Of a DNA stretch of 64,000 nucleotides, positions 41,901 through 53,480 are shown in pieces. The position numbers and the translations under genes are program-made. This DNA comes from Lytechinus pictus (Eukaryota), in contig NC_087246.1 of the NCBI RefSeq assembly GCF_037042905.1, positions 3,784,001 to 3,848,000 of the forward strand. Direction: 5' to 3'. Position 1 is the stretch's first letter; the number at the start of each line of letters is the position of its first letter. The notes below the pieces were generated by a model. That model saw only the letters and a program-made list of their open reading frames with translations, did not search any database and was not told the origin of the DNA.

Positions 41901-43841
41901 CTACTACTAAAAATTAAAATAATGTTAATAATAAGAATGATAATAATGATAGTTATAATACTATACTGTAGGCCAAGGAACCAGTGCATACCCTTGTTCC
42001 ATTCTCTATCACGGATCTAATGCTTTAAGTGAGAGTGAGGTCGAAGCCGTGGTTGATTTTCTTCGAGACAAGAAGGACAATGGTCAAGATTTCTTGTGGT
42101 TTATTGACTGGCACAGTTATTCCCAGCTTGTCATGTCTCCATGGTCTTTCTCTGCCGAAGAGCCAGATCCATATAATATCGATCAGGTAAAACAACAAGA
42201 CAAGAACAATTCATTTAAAGGTGTAATATTTGAATTTTATTTTGTTCTATCACAAAAATAGATTTTTTTTTTCATTTTTGAAATTATAGAATTTTTATAG
42301 CCCTTTCCTGCTCTTTTTTCTCTTTGTCCTTTTCTCACCCCTCTTCCTTGTTCCTATTGTTCATTGTGTTAGAGGCGTTTCCCGTCACACGCATTTTCTT
42401 TGGCAAATGTTACATATTTATTTTTTATGACAAATGATTTTGTATAGAAAAAGATACGTGAAAAATGGGAGAAAATCAATCTTTATTCGAGTAGAGTTGA
42501 ATTGAATAAGTTTTTATTATGTGAACAGAAAAACGAATAAATTTCAAAGCATCGTGAATGGTTAATTAGAATGATAAATTTACCAAAATATTGAATTTTG
42601 AATTCTTCCCACAGTTTGTTATATGTAATACATTCATTCTTTATTCAATAAATCTCTCTTTATCAGTTGCAAGCTGCAGGAGAAGCGATGGCTGATGGTA
42701 TACGCAGCTACAGTGGAACTGAATATACAGTAGGACCAACAGCAAAGTTATTTGGTGAGTATTATCATCGGTTGTGAATAGGGTGGGGGGGGGGGTTGAT
42801 ACAAATTTCAAATTCAGAGACGTATAGGTGTCTATACTCCCTAATTTCATGTTTGAGACTGTTGTGATTTTGAACTAAACTGAAAAAGAGAACGGTCTAA
42901 TATATCTAATAAATAGATTTGACTGAGGTTTATTTATAATTATACAACATTTTCATTGGTTTAATCAGTCAGATAATATATACATGAGAGGATCACGGGA
43001 AGCTGTACTAGGTTGAAAACGATGTCCAAGTAAGAAAAGGGGAAAATATATGATTATACAATGATTTATTATAAACAAACAATAATGCAAGCATCAAATT
43101 AAAGGATAAAAGGAGAATTATATAGAAAGAGAAGGGGGGCGTGAAAACAGAGGGGGAGGGGGTGTTTGTATTTATTGATAACAAATAATTTAGATTAAGT
43201 GATTTTTTTTATTAAACGCATAAAAGAAAATAAGAAAAAGCTTACATTTAAATATTTGGCTGGGAGATTAATATATAGGTCACTTCTCGGAACTTTCCAA
43301 ATATACACTCGAAAAAAAGTACTTGGTTTGTAGTTTATTCTGTTCATGATGATGAAAATAATGTTGAAATGGGATGGGCAATCACTGGCACTGAACTGAG
43401 CTAGTTCGTGAAGCGGTATTTATTCCCATTTCGTTGATTTTAGTCTTTTAGCCAGTTTTATTAGACAGTAACCATAGTAACAGTCAGAACTGCTTTTCAG
43501 CCAATGAAAACCAATAAAAGTTCTTGGTAATACTGACAATGTGTAGGGTACATGGATAGACTAAAGTTGGGCGGCGTGAAATTAACGGCTTTTATTTGTT
43601 TACTGATTCGTCCCTTGTAGATCCTGCTGCTGGTTTAAGCAATGATTGGGGCTATGCACCATACAATTCTGAAAAGGACCAAGGCGGCCTGGGGGCTCCT
43701 TATTCATACGTGATGGAACTTCGAGACACCGGTACATACGGTTTTCTCCTTCCAGAAGATCAGATTGAGGACTCGGGCAAGGAAACTGTACTCGGAGTGT
43801 ACGCCATGGGAACCTACATCCTCGATCAGGAAGGACTGTAG
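28644..43841 (+). CDS. Procarboxypeptidase A/B-like zinc metallocarboxypeptidase (M14A), copy 2; 10 coding exons, 444 aa
   Basis: Exons 28644-28708, 30509-30590, 32124-32360, 33345-33449, 34286-34396, 35446-35559, 36110-36206, 41972-42186, 42667-42754, 43621-43841. All introns are GT-AG and the frame is open (1335 nt). Zn ligands, R127, R145 and E270 are kept; position 248 reads Asp (G|AT across the exon 9/10 junction). Confidence 0.95.
30509..30590 (+). CDS. Carboxypeptidase copy 2 exon 2
   Basis: [27 protein letters not shown]. Confidence 0.9.
32124..32360 (+). CDS. Carboxypeptidase copy 2 exon 3
   Basis: Identical peptide to copy 1 exon 3. Confidence 0.93.
33345..33449 (+). CDS. Carboxypeptidase copy 2 exon 4
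   Basis: [35 protein letters not shown]. Confidence 0.93.
34286..34396 (+). CDS. Carboxypeptidase copy 2 exon 5
   Basis: [11 protein letters not shown] motif; identical to copy 1 exon 5. Confidence 0.95.
35446..35559 (+). CDS. Carboxypeptidase copy 2 exon 6
   Basis: LLEDY...[11 protein letters not shown]. Confidence 0.95.
36110..36206 (+). CDS. Carboxypeptidase copy 2 exon 7
   Basis: [32 protein letters not shown]. Confidence 0.95.
36686..39851 (-). pseudogene. LINE ORF2 (endonuclease + reverse transcriptase), multiply frameshifted
   Basis: Consecutive ORF fragments 38787-39851, 38339-38755, 38038-38349, 37698-37904, 37321-37515, 36686-37108 carry the motifs in the expected order. Confidence 0.92.
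40526..41287 (-). pseudogene. LINE ORF1 (L1-transposase/RRM-like), with an in-frame stop and frameshifts
   Basis: [12 protein letters not shown]...LLKK*EF...; ORF-track fragments 40736-41014 and 40526-40723. Confidence 0.85.
41972..42186 (+). CDS. Carboxypeptidase copy 2 exon 8
   Basis: [30 protein letters not shown]. Confidence 0.95.
42667..42754 (+). CDS. Carboxypeptidase copy 2 exon 9
   Basis: [29 protein letters not shown](D), gtgagt donor. Confidence 0.93.
43621..43841 (+). CDS. Carboxypeptidase copy 2 exon 10 (last)
   Basis: [11 protein letters not shown]...[14 protein letters not shown]...EGL stop; AATAAA at 44338. Confidence 0.95.
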
Positions 43842-44739
43842 CCTGATCATAGTGAGGGGGGAAAGAACAAGAACATTATTTTGATTCTAAGAATGCTGGA
43901 AAATGAATAAGCGTCTATCTTTGGCTCCATTATCATCACGTCATTAAGGGGGGGGGGGGGCAGTCCTTGTTTTAAATGAAATGATTTTAATGTATCCACC
44001 AATGAATGTTAGATTACAAAGATATGAAAAGATGGAATAGGCAACGTAATACAATGCAAATACGAGATGTTTATAGTTTTGTCGACATTAAGGTTAACAC
44101 GAATACAGTCCGCTCTGTCGTCAAGTCAACATACCTCTTATTTCAGAGGTTATCGACACCGGTATGGATTATTAGCTTGTCTGTGTCTTGGAGGTGTCGA
44201 CATAACTTCTTGAATCATTACCCGTCTTCTCATTCATTCTGAACTGATTTTTTCTTGTCTATTTGGAGTACTGTAAAACTTGTTTGCCAATGATTTTTGC
44301 TCATTTTGCCCCGTAAGCCTATGTATGTTGCCATATGAATAAAACTATTTCACATGATACCAAAACAATAAAGTTGTTTAAGAGTGAATTTTTACAGATT
44401 TTTTCAGAGAAAATTAAGAGAGAGACAGGAAGGGTGGGGCAAAATATATTTATTGAGATAATAATAATAATAATAATAATGATAATATTAATAATAAAAA
44501 ATAAATAAATAATAAAAATGATGATAATAATAGCAATAATAATAATTATAATAATAATAATATTTATAATAATATAATATTAATAATAATAATTTATAGC
44601 ATATAGAGTGCGCCTTCTATACAGTGTCCTATTCAGAGGCGCAGAGGGAATTATTTCACAGGAGGGGGGGGCTGTTATTTGAAATATGATGAGAATAGAA
44701 TGAGATGTCTTGAAGCTGGCTTTTAATGACTCTATACTG

Positions 44740-46078
44740 CAGTGCGTATAAAAAAACGCGACAGTTTTAAAAAGTCTATAAAAATTTGTTTCAAATTATG
44801 ATATCTATATTTTGATGTTAATAGATGCTCTGAAATCTTATCTTTGAAATGCCATTAAGAAATAAATTTTGTTCATGCTTGAGCGAACACGGGAAGTTTT
44901 TGTCGGGGGTTCAAAAAGTGGCTTGCGCCAAAATGGAAGAAATTAGAAATTTGATGATCAGACTTCTTGCTAATCAGCAGACTTCCTCTTAACCTTTTCA
45001 TTATCTTTGCCATGATTTTCGAATTATGCTGTCAGATTTCATTCACAAATTTATTTATTTACTTGAATTATTTTGTTTTCTCTTTAAAACTACTTTAACC
45101 TTTAAATTTTGCTTCATAAGTAAGAAAAGAAGACTTTCTGTTTACCAAGCAAGAAGATTTGCATTATTAATTGGGAGAACTTGCAATTATTCAAATCGTA
45201 TTTTATTATGTGAAACAAATTAAAAAAAACATGAATCCTATTTTCAAGGTGTTATTGATTTCTTGACCAAGTTTAATTATGCTTGACTGGACAAACAATT
45301 AGGAAAGGATTCATGTCTTTTAATGAAAATGGTGTATTGAGTCAATTTTGAAGGAGCTATATATATATAGATATGGCAGATCGGATAAAATGTATTTAAA
45401 AAGTTGTGAGCGAGCGAAGCGAGCAAGCAAAAATTCCCACTTTTTTATTGAAATATCTAATTTTGTGATAGATTTTGACATAATATTCAGGAAATAAATC
45501 ATATTTCACTTTCTATCATTCCTTTTATTTCCTTTCCACTTTTTGTTTTATTGCAGGGAACACCTCGAGCCCCCGACCACCTGTATGCCACTGTTTAAAG
45601 GCACCATAACCTTTGTAGCACACAATGAAAGGATATGAAAAAAAATACACGCTCTCCCATAATCCGGTTGAAAAAAAAATTGTTTTTGCTTAAAGAAGGA
45701 ATATTGAAAGCTAAAAGAGGACATATTAAAAAGAAACAACAACAGAACAATTTAAGCAACTAAACAGATTTGAAAATGAATTTTGACCGCATAATTCAAT
45801 AATTATGGCAAAGATAATGGAGGTTAAGAGGAAGTATGCTGATTAGCAAGAAGTCCGATCATCATATTTATCATTTTATGCCATTTTGGCGCAAGCCTAA
45901 TTTTTAACCCCAGACTAAAATATTCCGTGTTTGCTCAAGCATGAACGAAAGTAATTTTTTTAATGGCATTTGAAAGATAAGACTACTGAGCACACATTCA
46001 CATTAAAATATAGTCATCATAGTTTGAAACAAAATTTTTATAAACTTTTCAAATCTGTCCTGTTTTTTATACGCACTG
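44740..46078. mobile_element. Tc1/mariner-like non-autonomous element (same family as 2175-3487)
   Basis: CAGTGCGTATAAAA..ATACGCACTG|TA; empty site gactctatatagacttg at ~20010 in unit 1. Confidence 0.88.
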
Positions 46079-46205
46079 TATAGACTTGACATTGCGTTTT
46101 GTTGAAAAGAGTGCATTCCACAAAGTTGGAGCACTACGAGCAAAAGCCTTTTCACCAAATAAGCATGAAGATCTTAGATTTCTAGAGGGTACATATTCCG
46201 AGATA

Positions 46206-49200
46206 ATAGTAGACCGGCCAAAACGATTTTTTATACTTTGGACGGCAAAATTTGTTAATGCTTGCTAATGCTTGGCATCCCAGCTAATAGTCTTGCAAAA
46301 ATACCCAGGAATAGCGTACGGCCGGATGCCAAGCGCAATTTTGCGTGAAACTGTCTTTTTTAGCGTAAAATCTGAAAGAATGTCGAAAATCACGCATTTT
46401 GATATTTTGACGGATTATTTTAATATTTTTGATTATCTTTGATATGCAATTATTTTTATTCAGAGTTTCAAATTATAAGTCTCATGAATATGCATTTCAA
46501 ATTTGAATATTACACACACACATATAGCACAGGGAAACATAAAACCGCGATTTCCTCAAAATAAAAGTTTGTGAAAACTATCAATAGTTTAAAGTTTTTT
46601 ACGCAACTTAAATTCTTCGATTTAAAAGCGTTTCTCAATCGAATGTATAGTAAATGTCCTAATGCCACAAAAAATAAAAGAATTTTCAAGTAAGATGGAA
46701 TATATCTCATTTTATGTTATCCGAAAGGAGACAATGTGCATTTTACCAGGCGCGCATTTTGAAAGAAAAATTGAAAATACCGTACATTATGTACATAATT
46801 ACATGTATCAGTACATACTAAAGCGGGTTTTTAATTACATGTATAAGTACATACTAAAGCGAGTTTTTAATTGAATAGCACAATTTGTCAATTCTTTGCA
46901 TCCCAGCTCAAATTCTTGCGGAAATACTGAGGAATAACGTACGGGCGGATGCCAAGTGCACTTTTGCGTGAAAGTATCATTTTTTGCGTGAAATCTAAAA
47001 GAATGTCGAAAATCACGCATTTTGATATTTTGACGGATTATCATCATATTTTTGATTATCTTTGATATGTAATTATTTTTATTCAGAGTATGCATTTCAA
47101 TTTGGAATATTACACACACATATATATGGCAATATGAAATATAAAATCGTGATTTACTAAAAATAATAGTTTGTGAAAACTATCAATAGTAATGTTTGTG
47201 TTCCGCATCTCAATTTCGTCAATTTTAGCGCTAACCGAATAAATACATAATAATTGTTGTCATGGCACATACAGTGAAAAAAAATGTTGAAATAAGATGC
47301 AAGATATATCATTTTATGTTATATGCGAAAGATAACAATGTACATTTATCGGATGCGCATTTCTGATAAAATACAAACAGCGCACAATATTACATCTATA
47401 TTGCACATACTAATATTAATCAGTGCGATACTCGTCATGATAGTATATAGGATTATGTTTACTTTTGTAGAGTTCGATCTTCTTGCTATTTCCGCGAATT
47501 AATTGGTGCTGAACGTAAAATCTACCTGTGGCGATATTCATAAATAGGTCTGATATTTAATTTGCCGTTACCGTGGTAATATTAATTTTGTAGGAATATC
47601 TATATCCAAAATCATAGAAACAGTAGCATACCTAGGATTTTCCACAGGGGGGGGGGGGCAAAACCGTTGGCCAAAAAATTTGACGAGCAAAAAAAAGTCT
47701 TCAAGCTCGTCAGGGGGGGGGGGGGGCAAAAAAGGTCTTCAAGCTCGTCGGGGGGGGGGGGGGGGGGCATGGATACGTCTTTTGCATGGGTTGGGACTCG
47801 TCAGGGGGGGGGGCAGACCGCCCCCTCTGCCCCCCCCCGTAGGTACGCTAGTGCATAGAAAATAAACATGTATGAATAAAACGATCGAATTAGCATTTTT
47901 AAACTACTCTGTCAATCTACATTTTACTTCAATTATTGGATTATCAAAGTCTAAAAAAATATGGCCGTTGCCACGGCAATACCTATTTTATGTCTCGCCT
48001 GCATGCATAGCAGAGCAGGACTAAAGGAGCCAGGGGGGGGGCAGGGGTACATCTCCTGCATGAGTTGTGACTCGTCGGGGGGCAGTCTGCCCCCCCCTTT
48101 ACGCTAGTGGTATATTATCTTGAAAACGGGACACTTTCAGCTCCATGTAATCCTTTCGGACACTATACATGACCTTAGGCAGCGGGGGGAGGGGGGGGGG
48201 GGAGAGGCAGTTGCGGCCAGAAATTTTGTAACTCGTTTTAAGTATGTACTTATTCATGTAATTATGTTGATAATTTACAGTATCTTCAATTTTACATTCA
48301 AAATGCCCCCCCCCCCTCCCCGCTAAATTTTGCATGCCCCCTTTCGTAAAATATTTCTTCCATCTTACTTGAAAATTCTTTTAATATTTGTGACATTAGA
48401 AACGATCGATATTCAATAGATGAACCAATTTAAATCGAAGAAAATAACTTGTAAAAAAACTTAGAACTATTGATAATGTTCACAAACTTCTATTTTGAGT
48501 AAATCACGATTTTTTATGTCATATTGCCATATATGTGTGTGTAATATTCCAAATTGAAATGCATATTTAGTAGATTTACAATTTGAAATTATGAATAATA
48601 ATAATCCCATATCAAAGATAATAAAAATATGATGATAATCCGTCAAAATATCAAAATGCGTGATTTTCGACATTCTTTCAGATTTCACGCAAAAAATGAT
48701 ACTTTCACGCAAAAGTGCACTTGGCATCCGCCCGTACGTTATTCCTCAGTATTTCCGCAAGAATTTGAGCTGGGATGCAAAGAATTGACAAATTGTGCTA
48801 TTCAATTAAAAACTCGCTTTAGTATGTACTTATACATGTAATTGAAAACTCGCTTTAGTATGTAGGCCTACTTATACATGTAATTATGTACATAATGTAC
48901 GGTATTTTCAATTTTTCTTTCAAAATGCGCGCCTGGTAAAATGCACATTGTCTCCTTTCGGATAACATAAAATGAGATATATTCCATCTTACTTGAAAAC
49001 TCTTTTAATTTTTGTGACATTAGGACATTTACTATACATTCGATTGAGAAACGCTTTTAAATCGAAGAATTTAAGTTGCGTAAGAAACTTTAAACTATTG
49101 ATAGTTTTCACAAACTTTTATTTGGAGGAAATCGCGGTTTTATGTTTCCCTGTGCCATATGTGTGTGTGTAATATTCAAATTTGAAATGCATATTCATGA

Positions 49201-50100
49201 GACTTATAATTTGAAACTCTGAATAAAAATAATTGCATATCAAAGATAATCAAAAATATTAAAATAATCCGTCAAAATATCAAAATGCGTGATTTTCGAC
49301 ATTCTTTCAGATTTTACGCTAAAAATGACAGTTTCACGCAAAATTGCGCTTGGCATCCGCCCGTACGTTATTCATCAGGACTTCCGCAAGACTTTTAGCT
49401 GGGATGCAAAGAATTGACAAATTGTGCTATCCAATTAAAAACTCGCTTTAGAATGCACTTATACATGTAATTAAAAACTCGCTTTAGTATGTACTTATAC
49501 ATGTAATTATGTACATTATGTACGGTATTTTCAATTTTTCTTTCAAAATGCGCACCTGGTAAAATGCACATTGTCTCCTTTCGGATAACATAAAGTGAGA
49601 TATCTTCCATCTTACTTGAAAATTCTTTTAATATTTGTGACATTAGGACATTTACTATACATTTGATGGATAAACGCAGTTAAATCGAAGAATTTAAGCT
49701 GCGTAAATAAACTTCAAACTATTGATAGTTTTCACAAACTTTTATTTTGAGGAAATCGCGGTTTTATGTTTCCCTGTGCTATATGTGTGTGTGTAATATT
49801 CAAATTTAAAATGCATATTTATGAGACTTATAATTTGAAACTCTGAATAAAAATAATTTCATATCAAAGATAATTAAAAATATGATGATAATCCGTCAAA
49901 ATATCAAAATGCGTGATTTTCGACATTCTTTCAGTTTTTACGCTAAAAATGACACTTTCACGCAAAATTGCGCTTGGCATCCGGCCGTACGCTATTCCTT
50001 GGTATTTTTGCAAGACTTTTAGCTGGGATGCCAAGCATTAACAAATTTTGCCGTCGAATCCTTATCTAGAGCACTTTTTGGCTTTTGGCCGGTCTACTAT
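46206..50100. mobile_element. Non-coding foldback-type DNA element, 3-bp TSD (ATA), arms built of ~625-bp tandem units
   Basis: TIR ATAGTAGACCGGCCAAAA..TTTTGGCCGGTCTACTAT; unit marker catcccagct at ~46277 and ~46899, inverted at ~48768, ~49397, ~50021. Confidence 0.88.
47621..47853. mobile_element. Small hAT-like MITE in the foldback spacer
   Basis: 8-bp TSD CATAGAAA; CAGTAGCATACCTA..TAGGTACGCTAGTG. Confidence 0.82.
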
Positions 50101-50317
50101 ATAAGATCGTTGAGGAGCACAAACATTAACAATTTTCCATGTTCATGATGTTAGCAACAAAATCTTGAATTTTATTCTCTTCACCAAAGACAAACAGTGA
50201 AGTTATTTTAGGACAGGCGTTATATGCGTATATTTAGAAGTTTTACTCAGAATTCGGGCGGGGGCATTTTGCACTCTCTCAAGCTTGAGGATCTGATCAT
50301 TGTTAGCACTGAACAAC

Positions 50318-51815
50318 CAGTGGCGTAACAGGCGGGGTGGCAGGGGGGGGCAAGTTGCCCCCCCTGGCGGATTTCACCGAGAAAAGAAAAGAAAAACGGG
50401 AAAAAGAAAAAAAAGGAGGGAGAAAGAAAGGGAAAGGGGAAGGAAAGGGGAAAAGGAAAGGAGGAAAAGGAAAGGGAAAGGGAAAGTGAAAAGAAAACGA
50501 AGAAAAAACAAATGTACGAAAGAAGAACATTTGAGAAAGAACAAATCATTCCGAAATAGGCCTATGTAATGCAATAGCACGGTGGGAAATAAATTAAAAG
50601 ATGACAAAATGGCAAACAATAGCGGGAAACGAAGGTAGAGAGTAATTAGTCAAAAGCTAAATTGGAAAACAAAGAAAAGGGACAAGAAAAAAAATAATAA
50701 CACGACCGGGCTGCCGATGATTGAAATTAAAGAGCGGGAAGAAAGAAGGACTGCATACAACATTGTGCTATAAGCTTGCTAGATTTTATGCAAATAAGCT
50801 ACCGGGGCTTTGCCCCAGACCCCACGCAGTAGGGGCTCTTCATTTACCTTCAAATGACTCTATAACGCCCCCCGTTCAATCACGTTCAATCACTGGCATA
50901 CAGGCGGGGGGTCTTGGTTCCACACCCGAGAGAAAATAAAAGAACTTTTATAGGAGACAACTTATAATGAAATGAATGGAAACAATGAAATGTGTTATTT
51001 GCTGAATATAATGGAAAAATCTATCACATAATTAGAATTACAAATTTTTCCCACATTGCTATGTTTTGCCCCCTCAAATTATTTGGTTCATAACGCAACT
51101 GGGTTGAATAAATGTGTTGTGTATTAAAACGCTATATTCTGTATATGCCCGCGATTTGATTAAAATAGCGGCAATCTGCGAGGTTTAAATGGCTTTGATA
51201 TCAAGAAGTTCCGGGGGCTCCGCTCCGGACCCCAACCGCACAGCACTGCGTATGGAAGGGTTTGGCCATGGCCCCAAAAAGTTCTACAAACAAGAACAAA
51301 AAAGGAGGAAAGAAAAGCAAAGGAAAAGTGTAGGATATGATTTTATTTACTGAATATTATGTCAAAAAATAGCTCAAAGTTAGATTCTCATGAAAAGGTG
51401 ATTTTTTTATCGCTCGCTTCGCTCACTCGGCACTTATATAAAGCAGCTTTTTAGCACATGTGCTATACTGCGCCCCTGTTTTTTTTTTGTACTCTTCACG
51501 CTACTGCCACAAAGAATCCTGTTCACAGTGGCGTACAGACCACAAAAAGGAAGCTAAAGAGAGAAGAGTGAAATATATTATTTTTTGGATATCATGTCAA
51601 AATCTATCACAAAATTTGATTTTTGTATTAAAAAGGTCAAAATTTTTGCTCGCTCGCTCGCAACTTTTTTTAAAGATAAATTCTGCCCGATACGCAATAT
51701 CTGGCCTTCTCAAAATAGTCGCCTCATTACACCATTACGCCTGTTCATACCATGATATGACCGGGAAATTTTTGGCTCTTGCCCCCCCTGGCCACCGACC
51801 CCTGTTACGCCGCTG
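50318..51815. mobile_element. hAT-like non-autonomous element inside the old L2
   Basis: 8-bp TSD TGAACAAC; TIR CAGTGGCGTAACAGG..CCTGTTACGCCGCTG. Confidence 0.88.
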
Positions 51816-52533
51816 TGAACAACAACACATTGCAATAGTCTAAACGAGAAATAATGTATGAATGTATAACAGATGAAGTTACATTTGTGGACATGGATTT
51901 TCTAACACTATTAATATAACGAATTTGGAAATACAAAATTCTACATGTCAAATTCACATGGGAAGCCATTGACATTTCAGATTTAAATTGAACACCAAGG
52001 TTCCGTACATCAATAAGAGAATTAACAACAAACAAAGATCGACACTGAATTTTGGACATTTGATTACGTGACGCAATGATCAATTATCATCATTCAACTG
52101 TAATTGTTACAAATTATCCAAGTTTTAATTTGTGGAATCATGTGTATCTGATATATACAGGTTTCCATACGGGTTCTTACATTTGCATCTTCAAGTGGAT
52201 GACTGGGGGAAATAAAAACGGGATCAGTAGCGTATCTCAGGGGTGTAGAATGGGCATGTGTCCCGGACGGACGCCAAAAAAGAAAGGTAAAAAAAATGAG
52301 GAGAAAAAGCAAAAGAAAGAGAGCACAACAAGGGAAAATGAACAGGTAAGAAAAACAGTAAGTAAAATGGAAATTAATCTGCTTAAATGTCTTGTAAACT
52401 GAGATTCAATTGACACTTTTCAATTTGGTCCTGCAAAATCTGATTTTGTGCCTACTTGCAAAATTAAATTCTGCAAGAAAAAAAGTTTTTATCAATTTTA
52501 TGCAGCTGCTGTCAACTTTCATGCTTGCCTTAA

Positions 52534-53142
52534 AGGGATGGTCCAGGCTGGAAATATTTATATCTCAATAAATAGAGTAAAATTCACAGAGCAAAATGCT
52601 GAAAATTTGATCAAAATCGGATAACCAATAACAAAGTTATTGAATTTTAAAGATTGGCATTATTCCGGTGAAAAAGTTCTAGGCATGTCTTTATGAATAT
52701 TCATTAGGTGGGCTGATGATGTCATAATTTTATCCCCACTTTTTCTTTTGTACTTTATTATGGGGAATTAGGTTTATTCAAATTTTTTCTACCAAGAACT
52801 AAAACAATTGGATTGATAACTGATTAAGTGCATTAGTTATCTATTTCCGCATCTTATTTCATCATAATGGAGACACATCATTTACACATGTATGAAAAAA
52901 TGAAACATTTATGATTTCATGTAATAACATAAGAAAAAGGAAAGTGGAGATGTGACATCATCAGCCCACTTAATGAATATTCATGACAATGTGGATATAA
53001 CTTTTTTCACAAAATATTGATAAACTTTAAAATTCAATATTAACTTTATTTGTTATCTGATTTTGATGAAATTTTCAGCATTTTGCTGTGTGAATTTACT
53101 CTATTTATTCAGATATAAATATTTTCAGCCCGGACCATCCCT
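52534..53142. mobile_element. Kolobok-like palindromic MITE, second family
   Basis: TTAA|AGGGATGGTCCAGGCTG..CAGCCCGGACCATCCCT|TTAT, long TIRs. Confidence 0.82.
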
Positions 53143-53447
53143 TTATAAAGTGTTCACTCTCAAGAGGGCGCCAGCGACTTTAATGCGTGTTTTGTTGCAC
53201 AAGTCGGCAATGATTATCAACAATTAATACATGGGCAAAACTGCCAGACTGGAGCATTTCATATCTTATTACGATAGACAATCCATTTGCCGTATCCCTC
53301 CTTTCAATCATCATACCTGCGTATTGTAACTAAACATTTGCATTGAGATATTCCAAGGTATTTATTTTATGTCGTGCTACAGCAATTCTGCTTGGAACTA
53401 AGATTTGTTTTTAATACAATGACATGTTTGTTTGACATAGACAAATA

Positions 53448-53480
<33 letters not shown>

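Larger units (their letters stand above)
44460..52180 (-). mobile_element. Old L2-like LINE 3' fragment split by three nested DNA elements
   Basis: Pieces: 51816-52083 (VRNLGV..SRLDYCN), 50101-50317 (RIKFKILLL), 46081-46205 (ISEYVPSRNLRSS..GEKAFARSAPTLWNAL), 3' stem gcgcct..aggcgc and (ATT)n tail at 44460-44735. Confidence 0.8.

Noticed and set aside
28644..43841. Copy 2 as a pseudogene
   Set aside because: No stops or frameshifts, all splice sites intact, the only indel is in-frame and the LINE is intronic
46510..49643. Repeated near-identical small ORFs (MRYIPSYLK.., MMIIRQNIK..)
   Set aside because: By-products of the inverted and tandem units of the foldback element; no protein motifs
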